From Octopus vulgaris (taxonomy: Eukaryota), in the NCBI GenBank assembly GCA_951406725.2, contig OX597831.1, forward strand, positions 66,898,001 to 66,962,000: 64,000 nucleotides of DNA, written 5' to 3'. Below, one piece after another: positions 1-13,759 of the stretch. Position numbers and translations under genes: made by a program. The notes beneath the pieces were generated by a model. That model worked only from the letters and a program-made list of their open reading frames with translations, had not been told where the DNA came from and made no database searches. Within the stretch, counting starts at the first letter, position 1. Each line of letters opens with the position of its first letter.

Positions 1-236
1 GCCTCTTATGCCCAACTATTCTCTCGGGCTGCTAACACTCTGTTGTGCATGCACAGTGACATTACACATCCTGCAAAGCATACTAGCTTCATTTCTTTCA
101 TGCCTATGCATGTCCTTGGCTGTCACAGCCCATGTTTCACTGCCATGTAGCATGGATGTTCACACACAGGCATCATATAGTCTGCCTTTCACTCTGAGTG
201 AGAGGCCCTTTGTTACCAGCAGAGGTAGGAGCTCTC
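1..236 (-). mobile_element. RTE-clade LINE fragment (RT C-terminal region)
   Basis: The reverse complement matches the RTE copies at 4540-4780 and 8400-8640 (KGRLYDACV...GSETWAV...ASMLRWMCNV region). Confidence 0.8.
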
Positions 237-321
237 ATATACATATATGCATTCATATAAATATAGTATACACATGTATATTCATATAATACATAGTAAT
301 ATGCGTGTATGTATATATATA

Positions 322-703
322 TACTCTTTACTCTTTTACTTGTTTCAGTCATTTGACTGTGGCCATGCTGGAGCACCACCTTTAGTCGAGCAAATCAACC
401 CCAGGACTTTGTAAGCCTAGTACTTATTCTATCGGTCTTTGCCGGGCCGCTAAGTTATGGGGACGTAAACACACCAGCATCGGTTGTCAAGCGATGTTGG
501 GGGGACAAACACAGACACACAAACACACACATATATATACATACATATGCATACATACAACGGGCTTCTTTCAGTTTCCATCTACCAAATCCACTCACAA
601 GGCTTTGGTCGGCCCGAGGCTATAGTAGAAGACACTTGCCCAAAGTGCCACACAGTGGGATTGAACCCGGAACCATGTGGTTGGTAAGCAAGCTACTTAC
701 CAC
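322..703 (-). mobile_element. tRNA-derived CORE-type SINE (octopus OR2-like)
   Basis: Near-identical copies at 10126-10516 and 56967-57305. On the minus strand there is a B-box-like GGTTC and a CORE-like TTGGGCAAGTGTCTT. Confidence 0.75.
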
Positions 704-1367
704 CATTGTCATTTAATGTCCATCTTCCAGGAGCCAGCCAGGTAGAAAATCTACCCTAGGCTACTGTGTCTGTTTTGGCAGGGATTTTACGGCTGGATTC
801 CCTCCCTAACACCAGTCACTCTAAGTGGACTCAGTGCTTTTTATGTGACACTAGCACAGGTGAGGTTAGTTTTAGCATGATTTTTACAACTGGATGCTTT
901 CCAAATGTGAACCACATTACAGTGTGGACTGGATGCTTTTAACATGGCACCAGCACTGGCAGGGTAACCAAATAACTCACAAGACAAGGAATTATGAGAG
1001 GGACAGGGCATTAAATAAAAACAGATGAATGAGTTATCTGGTACATTGCTACAATTATTTTATTAAGAGTCTTTATTGTGACATAAACATGGTACAGTCA
1101 GGCATAGTATGCAGAATATCCACAAAAAATATGTAACATGTTATGCAACTCACAACTCATCAGGTTTACCAAATATACAAGCGAGCAGGGACATGCTGAT
1201 GAATCAACAAGCGAAATTTCAGATCAGAATTACCAGCATTTAAAAAATGCAAAGTGGGTGGGACTATAATCAGTCAATCAAGAGGATGGATAGCAGAATA
1301 AGGGTGTAAATAATAGAATAGTTTAAAAGCATATCCTATCCAAAGATGTCACTAAACTAAGTTTATA

Positions 1368-1670
1368 TCATCATCATCATCATCATCATCGTTTAGTGTC
1401 CGCTTTCCATGCTAGCATGGGTTGGACGGTTCAACTGGGGTCTGGGAAGCCAGAAGGCTGCACCAGGCCCAGTCTGATCTGGCAATGTTTCTACGGCTGG
1501 ATGCCCTTCCTAACGCCAACCACTTCGTGAGTGTAGTAGGTGCTTTTTACGTATCACCAGCACAGGTGCCAGACGAGGCTGGCAAACGGCCACGATCGGA
1601 TGGTTCTCTTACGTACCACCAGCACTGGTATCACAGCTGCAATTTCCATTGATGTTGATCGATTTCGATT
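1368..1670 (-). mobile_element. 5'-truncated RTE 3' UTR with (GAT)n tail
   Basis: More than 15 copies in the window. At 63130-64000 the same sequence is contiguous with the RTE ORF C-terminus GRGRPRKTWDEVVKHD. Confidence 0.75.
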
Positions 1671-1769
1671 ACCATTCATAAAAACTGGTACTGGCAAAGC
1701 AGGCTTATATACCAGCAGATAGCAGGCACCAAGCATGACATTTGACCCTATCAAAACATTTTGAAGTCA

Positions 1770-2003
1770 TTTTGTAAATATAATTATAAGCTTCCACCAT
1801 ATACTGACGATAGAAAATGGTTAAATATTAGAGTATTAAACCCCGTTAAAAAAAAAAAGAAAAGGCATTAATGCCTATTTTTTCTGTCTGGTTTTATATG
1901 CATTAATGCCCATTTTTTTCTATTGGACTTTATAAGCCCTAATATTAAACTATTTTCTATCATCAATATACAGTGGGTGCTTATAATTATATTTACAAAA
2001 TTT
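1770..2003. repeat. Foldback/palindromic MITE-like element
   Basis: TTTTGTAAATATAATTATAAGC...GATAGAAAATGGTTAAATATTAG is mirrored by CTAATATTAAACTATTTTCTATC...GCTTATAATTATATTTACAAAA. Confidence 0.7.
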
Positions 2004-3123
2004 TCACTCATCACCATTTCTTAACTTACACAAAATACGCATGTTTACACCTTTTTGAAGCTAGTTGCTGATGTTCTCAAAAAAAAAAACTTAATTTACT
2101 GTATTATATTGAAGAAATGATATGGTTAATAAATTCAAGTGTTACTTATTCATTTACTTAATAGAATACTAGCTTTAATCAAGGGAGATCTAGTTAATTT
2201 ATCATTCAAGGAAAATAATTGAAGGAAAAAACACAACGGTATGCTAAATGAACAAATGGTATAGAGAACAGTTTTTTTAAAGAAATTTATATTCAGCTAA
2301 TGAGCTAAAATTTGAACCACAAACCAGGAGTAGACTTCGCACACTAAGTGGCTGTGGCTGCAAGTGTGTATACAGACAGTACTTCAAAGTCTGTATATGC
2401 ATTTCATGTAACTTGCAGATTTTCATTTTTTTATATAGATGTATAGAAAATAATATTTTTTCTAAAAATATAATCAAGGACCAACGTAAGTGAGTGTGAA
2501 AATTAATTACCATAAAAAGTAAGAATGAAATATGTAAACATGGAAATAGAACAAGTGTTGGCAATATGAGTTCAGAATATAGAATGGCAAAATCAACAGC
2601 CAATACCATGCTGAAAAAAAGTACAAATTACAGTGTTCAGATGGCTAAGGGAATAACCAAACTTAATAATTGAGGTAAGAATGACTTCTTTTACGTTAAT
2701 CAACTCCTCATGCGGCATTATTTTTTTTTATATATAAACAGAAAAGTGTCTGACTTATACATCTAAATTTCCAGTAAATTTAAAGTAAATACCGGATAAG
2801 CCACCAATAATTGGATACAACTCACCCAACAAAAACTCACTACTTGAATGGACCATAAACGAAACTTAGATAATCCTATCAGGTGGTGCTATTAAGATAG
2901 ACATGGTCTGGACCAATCTTTGGTCAAAACATATCTAAGTTTATCTAAGTTTAATAAAACATGTAGCAATTTTACTGACAAGATCAAAAATTTGATTTTG
3001 GGATGAATAAAAGAAATTGCTAGAAATAATACAATTTCAATGAATAATACGTGCAAAAACCAAACAGTTCTTTGATGACTTAAAGTGAATTCTCCCACTG
3101 GAAGTGATACTATAGTGGTGTGT

Positions 3124-3390
3124 GGAGGCACATGGCCTAGTGGTTAGAGCAGCGGACTCGCAGGTTCGAATCTCAGACCGGGTGATGTGTGTGTTTATGA
3201 GCGAAAACATTTAAGCTCCACGAGGCTCTGGCAGAAGGTAATGGTGAAACTTCTGCTGACTCTTTCGCTACAATTTTCTCTCACTCTTTCCTCCTGCATC
3301 TTGCAGCTCATCTACAACAGACCGGCGTCGCGTCCAGGTGGGGAACCTATACGCCAAGAAACCAGGCATGGCTCGAGAAGGAACAAACAA
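3124..3390 (+). mobile_element. tRNA-derived SINE (second family; also 15590-15846 minus and 51031-51240)
   Basis: A-box TGGCCTAGTGG and B-box GGTTCGAATC, followed by a non-tRNA body. Confidence 0.7.
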
Positions 3391-3667
3391 AAAACAAATA
3401 CTATAGTGGTCATGAATACCATTGTGTTTTTAAACATTATTAAAAATGGTGGCTTTGTTTCATAGCAGGCTCTTGTACATGTCTTGTAAAGTTTAAAACG
3501 CAGTTACTAATTAATGAATTAATTTCTGCAATCCAGCAAACTTCCCAGGGCAAGCCTCTACAAGGAGAAAGGGAAAAGGAAGAAGACAAAAAAGAAGCGG
3601 GAGGGGCACTAGCTGACTAGAAAGGAGTATCATCATTATCATTTAAGGAGTACATAATAATAATTCG

Positions 3668-5310
3668 GAGAGAGTCATAGCCCAACTAATTAGGAAAAGA
3701 CTTAGTTTAGATAAGATGCAGTTTGGTTTTGTGCCAGGGAGAAACACCACTGATACTTTATTTCTGGTAAGGCAACATCAGGAGAAATACTTAGCCAAAG
3801 GTAAACCTCGGTACTTGGCCTTTGTTGACTTGGAGAAAGCCTTTGACAGGGTCCCCCAATCCCTTATCTGGTGGTCAATGCAGAAACTAGGGATAGATGA
3901 GAGGTTGGTGAGAGCTGTACAAGGCTTGTACAGGTATGCTACCAGTAAGGTGAAGGTTGGCAGAATTCAGGGTACAAGTAGGGGTTCACCAAGGATCAGT
4001 CCTCAGTCTCCTCTTGTTTATCATAGTCCTCCAGTCAATAACAAAGGAATTTAAGACAGGCTGCCCCTGGGAGCTCCTCTATGCTGATGACCTTGCTCTT
4101 ATAGTTGAATCACTACCAGAACTAGAGAAGTTCCAGGTATGGAAGCAAGGTCTAGAATCATAGGGCCTTAGAATTAACCTAGCAAAAATCAAAGTCTAAG
4201 TAGGAAGGCAGACAAATCATAAATTTCTTCAAGCTGATGGCCCTGCTCGATCTTTAAAAGAGGTGTAGGTAGAAACTCCATAAGATGCACCCGGGGTAAA
4301 CTTTGGACACATAAAAAGTACAACAATATCAGAGGAAAGTTAACGGGGAAAATAGCTTTTGTATGTGGAAGATGCACAGTACAATAAACACCAAAACTGT
4401 ATAGAAAGTAGACTTCATCACCTGCTAGTGGGGTAAGCTAGAAATAGTAGATAGCTTCCATTATCTAGGAGACCAAGTTAATAGCGGAGGTGGATGTACT
4501 GAGAGTGTAGCTGTGAGAATAAGATTAGGCTGAGCAAAGTTCAGAGAGCCACTACATCTGCTGGCAACAGAGAGCCTCTCTCTCAGTGTGAAAGGCAGAT
4601 TATATGACGCCTGTGTGCATACAGCTATGCTACATGGCAGTAAAACATAGGCCGACAACCAAGGATATGCGTAGGCTTGAAAGAAACGAAGCCAGCATGC
4701 TTTGCTGGATGTGCAATGTCAGTGTGCATGTTCGGCAGAGTGTAAGTATCCAGAGAGAAAAGTTAGGCATAAGAGGCATCAGATGTATCGTGTGCAAGAG
4801 ATGACTGTGCTAGTATGATCATGTGATGTGTATGAACAAGGACAGCTGTGTAAAGAAGTGCCGATTTCTAACTGTGAAAGGAACCTCTATGATAGAGGTA
4901 GACCCAGAAAGACATGGGATGCATGGTAGTGCATGATTTTTGAACATGAGCCTCACAGAGGCAATGACTTTGGTGATATGCTGTACTTCAGAAGACTTGT
5001 CAAGCCTAGTGAAATCGCAGCTGTGGCTAATGCTGGTGTTATGTAATTGGCATCTGTGCAAGTGGTGGCACGTACAAAGCACCTTTCAAGTGTTGGGCCT
5101 CATGGAGGCAATGACTGAGACCTTTGGTTTGAATGTTGGGCCTCATGAAGGCAATGACTGAGACCCTTGGCATTATGTCATGCTTGAATAGACTTAAGAA
5201 ACTGAGCAAAATTGCATTCATGGCAGATACCGGTGTCACACAAATGGCACCCATGTTGGTAGAACGTAAAAGCACCCTGCCATAGAAACCATGCCAAATC
5301 AGACTGGAAT
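3668..5310 (+). mobile_element. Degenerate RTE LINE (RT domain to 3' UTR)
   Basis: QFGFVPGR, AFVDLEKAFDRVP, GVHQGSVLS and LLYADDLAL motifs with frameshifts and stops. Confidence 0.9.
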
Positions 5311-5324
5311 CTGGTGCTTGCGTT

Positions 5325-5510
5325 TTAAAGCTACCACTGATTTCATCTCAAGAAAATATCGTAAGCCAATCACATGGAGAGGTGGTGGTGCTTGTCTCCA
5401 TTTTTAATCCAAAATGGAGACAAACACCATTCCTCCATGTGATCAGCTTGAAAAGTTAAGATATTAAGATATTTTCTTAACAAGAAACCAATAGTAACCT
5501 TAATAAACAA
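5325..5510. repeat. Short palindromic MITE-like element
   Basis: ATCACATGGAG...TGTCTCCATTTT is mirrored by AAAATGGAGACA...CTCCATGTGAT, and AAGAAAATATC by GATATTTTCTT. Confidence 0.6.
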
Positions 5511-5571
5511 ATAATCTTTATCCAGTAATGTGGTGTTGAGCATTCATTCTTATTAATCGACATTTACATCA

Positions 5572-6045
5572 ACATCATTTAACATCTGCTTTCCATGGTG
5601 GCATGGGTTGGACGGTTTGACTGAGGACTAGTAAACTGGGAAGCTGTACCAGGCTCCAATCTGATCTGGTAAGGTTTCTACAGCTGGATGCCCTTCCTAA
5701 CACCAACCACTCTAAGAGCGGCCCCCAGCATTGGGGCCAGTCAGGCAGCACTGGCATCGACCAAGCTCAAATAGTGCCTTTTACATGGCACCAGTATAGG
5801 TGCCAGTCAGGTGGCACTGGCATCAGCCACAACTTCACTTGACTCAAAAGGTCTTCTCAAGCACAGCATATTGCCCGATGATTGAAGGGTACTTTTAAAT
5901 GGGCCAATTACGTGATGCTGGCATTGGCCACGGTTACGATCTCGCATGACTTGCCAAGTCTTCTCAATCACAGCATATCTCCAAAGGTCTTGGTTGCTTG
6001 TCATTGCCTCTGTGAGGCCCACCGCTTGAAAGTCATATTTTACCA
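5572..6045 (-). mobile_element. RTE 3' end fragment
   Basis: VGLTEAMTSNQDLWRYAVIEKT C-terminus followed by the shared 3' UTR. Confidence 0.75.
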
Positions 6046-6260
6046 CGTATATATTTATATATGATAAAAATGGAATAAGCAGGACAAGAAGAAACACATG
6101 GCACAGTCACTAATGAGGTCACAGAATACGTGATGAAAGAACTTTGATGGGCGTATACACTAAATATAAAACAAAAAAAATTCTAAAGTGAAGGTCATAT
6201 AAATAGTGCATGTGTTTACTTGGCAAAAAAAAGTTACCTTCCCCAAGTATAATATATGTA

Positions 6261-7349
6261 CAGGGTGTGGTGAATAAACTGTTGCTTAAATTACACAAAA
6301 ATGAAAATAACACTGACCTCTCATTTTAACAGATATATTTACCTAAATTACATAAAGATATCTTGAAATATAAAAAGAGTAAACATATTCAATAAAAATC
6401 GCCATTGGTTTCAACCATGGCCTTCAAATGACTTCAGAATCTCCTGCAACTCTTCTGGATGGTTTCCTTGTTTCAGTTGATGAATGCTGCCATAATCTTT
6501 GGGGTCACAAGTTTTGTTGATCTCTTGCTCAACTGTTCCCCACACATAATAATCAAGGGGGTTTGCAGAGTTAGGTGGTCAGATGTTTGGGGTGATATCA
6601 TCATCATTTAGCGTCCGCTTTCCATGCTAGCATGGGTTGGACGGTTCAACTGGGGTCTGGGAAGCCAGAAGGCTGCACCAGGCCCAGTCTGATCTGGCAG
6701 AGTTTCTACAGCTGGGTGCCCTTCCTAACGCCAACCACTCCGTGAGTGTAGTGGGTGCTTTTTACATGCCACCCGCACAGGTGCCAGACGGATCTGGCAA
6801 ACGGCCACGGACGGATGGTGCTTTTTACGTGCCACTGGCACGGGGCCAGGCGAGGCTGGCAATGGCCACGAACGGATGGTCACAGAAATTGTCTGACAGC
6901 CATGTCTGGGTTCTCCTGCTTGTGTGACATGGTGCAGATTCCTGTTGCCGGATATAGGATCTTTAGAGCAGCCACCCTCTTGACCCAGAGCAGCACTACC
7001 CTACCCAGACACTTGATGTAGGCCTCCGGGTTGAGTCTGAGACCGTGCAGGAAGATGAATGGAAGCATAACGTCACCACTACTAGTGAACACTCCAAACA
7101 CCATAATGTTAATTGGATGTTTGATTTTTATCCCTCTCAGTATCAGTCCTTAGATCGACACCCAGTCTGAAATGTTCGTATTGGAGCTCCTGACGCAACT
7201 GTCAAGTAGTACAGCATTTTGTTTCCAAATTTCTGGCAAAGTGGATTGTGTCATAGTGTTCTTTTTCTCACAGACGGTGCCTACTAGACTGTATAGTCAA
7301 CAAAATCAAAAACAAATAATGCAACTGCATGAAATTATTGTACCCTCTG
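6261..7349 (-). mobile_element. Tc1/mariner (maT/DD37D-like) transposon remnant, interrupted by an RTE tail at about 6597-6880
   Basis: TA|CAG...CTG|TA ends. Minus-strand MVFGVFTSSGDVMLPFIF...RLNPEAYIKCL and NPLDYYVWG transposase motifs. Confidence 0.8.
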
Positions 7350-8189
7350 TATGTGTGTGTGCGGGCATGGCTGTGTGGTAAGAAGCTTGCTTCCCAACCA
7401 CATGGTGTTGCATTCAGCAAGTAAAAGCACCCAATACACTCTGTAATCATGCCAAAACAGACATGGAACCTGAACAGCCCTTCAGCTGGTCAGCTTCTGT
7501 CAAACTGTCCAACTCATGTTAGCATGGAAACTGGATGCTAAATGATGATGATATGTGTGCATGCACTTGTCACCCCCACCACCACTTGATAACCGGTATT
7601 GGTGTGTTTATGTTCTTGTAACTTAGCAGTTCAGCAAAAAAGACTGATAGAACAAGTACCAGACTTAAAAAATAAAAAAACAATCCACTAAGGTTGATTT
7701 ATTCGACTAAAATCTCAAGGCAGTGCTCCAGCATGGCCACTTTTTAATGACTGAAATAAGTAAAAGATAATATACACATACACACATAAACATGCATACA
7801 TATTATATATATATTACTTATATGTTTGTAGGTTTTCTATAGAATTCAGTGCTAGCACTGCAAGTGGACATTTCATATAGTAATATGTCAATGTAAACAA
7901 ATCAATTATCATCATTATCATGGCATGGGTGAGATGGTTTGACTGGAACTGGTAAGCCAGTCTGGTCTGGTTTTGGTTTCTACGGCTGGATGCCCGTCCT
8001 GATGCTAATCAAAGACAGAAAAGGGTGTATAGGCAAATTTCAAGAGTTATTACTCTTCCATCAGCACCACATCCAACCCATTAACTATCCACAAACACAT
8101 TGCTTGAATACCCACTTATTTTAGTGGTGTAAAACAATTCGATAAACCAATTAAACACATTCCTGGCATGAGGGAAGATAGAACTTTGC

Positions 8190-9033
8190 ATTATTTACCG
8201 AGAAGATAGCTTTCGTGTGCAGCAGATGCACAGGGGCAATAGAAACCACAGATACTCAGAAAACAGATTCTATTACACTCCAGTGGGAGAAACTAGAGGT
8301 GGTTGATAGTTTCCGCTACCTAGGTGACTAAGTTAGTAGTGGGGATGGATGCTCAGAGAGTGTTACCACTAGAATAAGAATAGCCTGGGCAAAGTTTAGA
8401 AAGCTTCTTCCTCTACTGGCGACAAAGGGTCTCTCACTCAGAGTGAAAGGTAGATTGTACGACGCATGTGTGCAAACTACCATGCTTTATGGCAGTGAAA
8501 CATGGGCTGTGACTGCGAAGGACATGCGTAGGCTTGAAAGAAATGAAGCTAGCATGATCTGCTGGATGTGTAATGTCAGTGTCCAGGCATGACAGAGTGT
8601 AAGCGCCCTGAAAGAAATGTTGGACATAAGCATCAGATGCAGCGTGCAGAAGAGACGTTTGCGTTGGTATGGCCATATACTACGGCTGGATGAGGAGAGA
8701 TGTGTGAAGAAGTGCAACTCCCAAACTGTTGAAGGAATCCGGGATAGAAGTAGACCCAGGAAGACATGGGATGAGGTGGTCAAGCATGACCTTCGTACGT
8801 TGGACCTCACAGAGACTATGACGAAAGATCGAGATCTCTGTGACTGTGAAGACCCGACAAATGAAGCGACTTCATGGCTTGCAGGATGGCCTGCTGTGCT
8901 AACCTTTGTGCTTGAGGAGACCAATTGAGTCAAGAAAATCAACACCAACATCAAAATAAAAAATCAAATGAAGATTGTAGTTATGATACCCATGACGGTG
9001 GCACGTAAAAAACACCATCCAAACGTGGCTGAT
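8190..9033 (+). mobile_element. Degenerate RTE LINE 3' half
   Basis: RRLRWYGHILR...SRPRKTWDEVVKHDLRTLDL. Confidence 0.85.
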
Positions 9034-9038
9034 GTATG

Positions 9039-9071
<33 letters not shown>

Positions 9072-9389
9072 ATATATATATATGTGTGTGTGTATATATA
9101 TATATGTGTGTGTGTGTATACATACATATACATATATGTATACATACATATATATACATATTCATATATATATATATACATATTTATACATATTCATATA
9201 TAATTGATATAGGATAAAATTTTTGCCCTTATCTTATAAATTATACATATTCATATATATATACATATTTATATACATACCTATACATACATATACATAG
9301 ATATATATATATAGCGTTATACTAATACATCTGTTTGTTTTCTACGCCACCTGTCTTCGTCTTCTGTTTTTTTTGTGAATTCTCTCCCT

Positions 9390-9985
9390 CATCATCATCA
9401 TCACCATCGTTTAATGCCCGTTTACCATGCTAGCACGGCTTGGATGGTTCAACCGGGATTTGGGAAGCCAGGAGGCTGCACCAGGCTCCAGTCTGATCTG
9501 GCAGTGTTTCTACAGCTGGATGCTCTTCCTAACGTCAACCACTCCGTGAATGTAGTGGGTGCTTTTTACGTGCCACCAGCACAGTTGCCAGGGGAGGCTG
9601 GCAGCGGCCACGGTCGGTTGGTGCTTTTTATGTGCCACCAGCACGGAAGCCAGTCATGGTGGCGCTGGCATCAGCCACGTTCGGATAGTGCTTTTTTATG
9701 TGCCACCAGCACAGGTATCACAACTACAATTTCCATTTGATATTTATTTATTTGATATTTATTTTGATGTTGATGTATTTGACTCAATAGATCTCCTCAA
9801 GCACAGCAGGTCACCCTACGATCCAAGGTAAGCACAGCAGATCATTCTGCAATCTAGGGTACTTTGGATGGGCTGGGGCTGCTATGCGAAACTGATGCAG
9901 GAAACAGCCATGAACTCACGTTATTAGTCGGGTCTTCACAGTCACAGCATCTCTCCAGAGATCTCGGTCTTTCGTCAGTGCCTCA
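9390..9985 (-). mobile_element. RTE 3' UTR/C-terminus fragment
   Basis: Same tail family as 1368-1670 and 63130-64000. Confidence 0.7.
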
Positions 9986-10125
9986 TAAACACCAAGTAGG
10001 TATATAATTTGCTATTTGAGCACATGTGCACTAAAACATGCACGTGAATATGTTTGTATCTTTGTGGATGTTTGTGTGAGCCCTACAGAACTTAAGCCAG
10101 TGCGTTTATACATCCATATCTGTTA

Positions 10126-10516
10126 ATACTCTTTACTCTTTTACTTGTTTCAGTCATTTGATTGCGGCCATTCTGGAGCACCGCCTTTAGTCGAGCAAAT
10201 CGACCCCGGGTCTTATTCTTTGTAAGCCCAGTACTTATTCTATCGGTCTCTTTTGCCGAACCGCTAAGTGATGAGGACGTAAACACATCAGCATCAGTTG
10301 TCAAGCAATGTTAGGGGGACAAATACAGACACACACACATATATATATACATATATACGACAGGCTTCTTTCAGTTTCCATCCACCAAATCCACTCACAA
10401 GGCTTTGGTCGGCTGTTGGCTATAGCAGAAGACACTTGCCCAAGATGTCACGCAGTGGGACTGAACCCGGAACCATGTGGTTGGTTAGCAAGCTACTTAC
10501 CACACAGCCACTCCTG
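10126..10516 (-). mobile_element. Full-length CORE-type SINE (OR2-like)
   Basis: Matches 322-703. The tRNA-like head AGGAGTGGCTGTGTGGTAAGTAGC is intact on the minus strand. Confidence 0.8.
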
Positions 10517-10819
10517 CACCTATATGGTTATATTTAATCCTTTTTGTTGCTGTATTGTGTATGTGTTTCGTTTTGCATCTGTTTTTACTATTCATCTATA
10601 CATATAAGTTTACATTGGCAATTCTTTCTTGTATATTTTCTTGTCTTGTGATTCATGGTCAAACAGCTAGGTGGCTTTGCGCGAAAAATTACACAGATGT
10701 GTAGAACGATCCATTAGTGTTGCTGGGCTTTGTATTTTTTCCATAGCTCCAAGATAATCTACTATAATAATGCTCGTGTTTATGAATGTGAAAGGAAGGG
10801 GTGGGGGTCATACTTGGTA

Positions 10820-11960
10820 GTGGGATGATGAAAATTGCATGCTGAAAAAATAAATCAAACAGCATTTCAACTCTGTATGAATATATGTGTGTGCATGTAA
10901 AAGGGGGGAGGGTATGTGAATATGTGTGTGTGTGGACACAATGGAAGTGGGATGGTTAACGTTCAACACTGAAAAGAAAAATCAAACAGCATTTCAACTC
11001 TGTGTATTTGGTATTTACTTATCAGCTCTTGTATTTAGTCACGGCCAACTTTATGTGACCTTAAGTTGGACAAGAAGGAAGAAAAACTTAAAATTCTTTT
11101 GAAGGAAACAAGCAGTCAAAGAATGTTAGTTGCCAATAGACTTTTCACAAGTTTGGTAGTAAAAGAATTATTAAACTAAAAACTTGGTTTTGTACCTATC
11201 TACTATAATAATACTCTTGTGTTTTTCTCAGTCACAACATATGAATGAGAAAGGAAGGAGTGATAGATGGACAAAGAAGGAAGGAGTGATGGCAAACTTC
11301 CTAGTGGGATGATGGAAGGTGTACAGTGAAAAAGATAAGTCAAACAATGTTTCAACTCTGTGTGAGTTTATGTGTGTGTATGTAAAAGGGAGGTATGTGA
11401 TGTGTGTGTGTGTGTGTGTGTGTGCAATGGAAGTGAGATGGTGAACATTCAATGCTGAAAAGAAAAAATCAAACAGCGTTTCAACTCTGTGTATTTGGTA
11501 TTTACTTGGCAGCTCCCGTATTTAATCACAGCCAGCTTTATGTGGCAGTAAGTCAAAAAAGAAGGAAGGAAAACTTGAAAATTCTTTTGAAGGAAACAAG
11601 CAGTCAAAGGATGTTAGTTGCAGATAGATTTTTCACAAAAAATTTAGTAATAAAAGAATTATTAAACCAAAATCTTGGTTTTGTACCTCATTTATATATA
11701 AAATACTAAAATTAGCCATCATTTTTTACAGCACGTTGCTGCTTTTCTATACACAAACTGAGAAGTTTCTTGTGGAACAGTCTTTATTTTAACAAGATAT
11801 ATCTTGTAATCACCTGAAGAGACACATCTACACCGACAGATACTCTTAAACCAGTTGTTAAGTCTCCCACTCGTGAGGGATCGATGTTGGATAGGTCAAA
11901 ACAATTGTAGTGATTAATGAACATTTTCATATCTTCCATCTCTCTCATTAAACAAACACT
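10820..11960 (+). mobile_element. Tandemly duplicated Penelope-like element 3' end (pLTR-like)
   Basis: Two ~480-bp units (10960-11210 vs 11440-11710). ENLKILLKETSSQRMLVADRFF...LLNQNLGFVPHLY resembles a PLE GIY-YIG C-terminus. A hammerhead motif follows. Confidence 0.55.
11808..11915 (+). ncRNA. Degenerate type I hammerhead ribozyme
   Basis: AATCAC-CTGAAGA-[long stem II]-GGTC-AAAA(for GAAA)-CAATTG-TA-GTGATT: 6-bp stem I, palindromic stem III, G12 mutated. Confidence 0.55.
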
Positions 11961-12242
11961 GAAAGTGGATATGCTTTACCGGTAAATTACCAGGTGTATA
12001 CCATATGATTTATTATCTAATATATATATATATGTCTGCCAGATTCCCCTGGCACCTGTGCCGGTGGCACGTAAAAAGCACCCGCTATACTCGCGGAGTG
12101 GTTGGCATTAGGAAGGGCATCCAGCTGTAGAAACACCGCCAGATCAGACTGGAGCCTGGTGCAGCCTCCTGGCTTCCCAGACCCCGGTCGAACCGTCCAA
12201 CCCATGCTAGCGCAGAAAACGGACGTTAAACGATGATGATGA

Positions 12243-12277
<35 letters not shown>

Positions 12278-13252
12278 TGGTATATTCTGTTAAGAACATA
12301 GTAGAGTACAGTGTAAAAGCTGTCCACTTTCAGAAAGGGTTATTATATTATTTTGCTAGGAAACAGGAAGGTTGGTGACAGGTGGAGCATCCAGTTGTAG
12401 AGAATTTGCCTCAAATAAACTCTGTCCAATGCAAACATGGAAAAGTGGATATTAAATGATATATCAAATGATGACATTAAATGTTGATATAGGCACAGGC
12501 ATTGCTGTCATCATCATCATCGTTTAGCGTCTGCTTTCCATGCTAGCATGGGTTGGACAGTTCAACTGGGGTCTGGGAAGCCAGAAGGCTGCACCAGGCC
12601 CAGTCTGATCTGGCAGTGTTTCTACGGCTGGGTGCCCTTCCTAACGCCAACCACTCCATGAGTGTAGTAGGTGCTTCTTACGTGCCAGACGAGGCTGGCA
12701 AACGGCCACGATTGGATGGTGCTTTTTACGTGCCACCGGCATGGGGGCCAGGCGAGGCTGGCAACGGCCACGATCGGATGGTGCTTTGTTTCAGAACCAT
12801 GGGGTTATGGGTACAATGCCACTGCATGGATGCTATTGGGTAATGTCCTCTACTATAGCCACAGGTTTGCCTAAGCCTTGTGAGTGAAATTGGTAAAGAG
12901 AAACTGAAGAAGGCATTTGTACACGTATCTATGCATAGCTGTAGAAACTCTGCCAAATCAAGACTGGAGCCTGGAGCAGCCATCTGGTTCGCCAGCCCTC
13001 AGTCAAAATCATCCAACCCATGCTAGCATGGGAAGCGGATGTTAAACGATGATAATGATGATTTGTGTTAAGTTTGTATTTCCTCTAGTTTTGATGTGTT
13101 TGCAAGCTCGTGCTTTCTTTGCAGTCTGTAAACAAATGCTTCACTATTCATACATCTAGGCTTCTCCTGTTCAAAATACTGGAGGATTATTACCTCTGTT
13201 TGGAAATAGGTGAGGGTTGGTGTCAGGAAGGGTATCTGGAGATTGAAAACTC

Positions 13253-13656
13253 GGATCTTTTCGGTTTGAACGGCAGTTTTTAACATAATTTCTAGGTAAC
13301 TAAAAAATTTTAAACTTCGTATACTGGTAGAATGTGTTTATAAAACATCTTTTTCTCTTGGCTTTATTGAGAAAATTCTGTAGTTTTTAAGATATTTGTT
13401 GTTTTCTTTTCTGCAATTTCAACCAATCAATTACGTCTATTGAGGTAAAAAACATTCTGTGCTGTATGAATATGTCCCTCGCGTAAGAAACAGATTGGGT
13501 TTATTTACATTTGTGAAGAAAAAAAATATACCCTTCCCCCCACCCCTAACCCTAAAACAGATAGAAATGCAATAGATCGTTACTAGGTTCATAATTATGG
13601 GTGACAATTTCATATGACACTGCTAGAAAAAACTGCCGGTCAAACCGAAAAGATCC
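13253..13656. mobile_element. Merlin-like MITE
   Basis: ~28-bp TIR GGATCTTTTCGGTTTGAACGGCAGTTTT and a perfect 8-bp TSD GAAAACTC. Confidence 0.85.
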
Positions 13657-13759
13657 GAAAACTCAGCCTCAGCATAAATTTCTTCGACTCATGCAAGTAT
13701 GGAAAAGTAGATATTAAAATTATGATAATGATGATACATAAACAACTGGTTAGCTTTGG

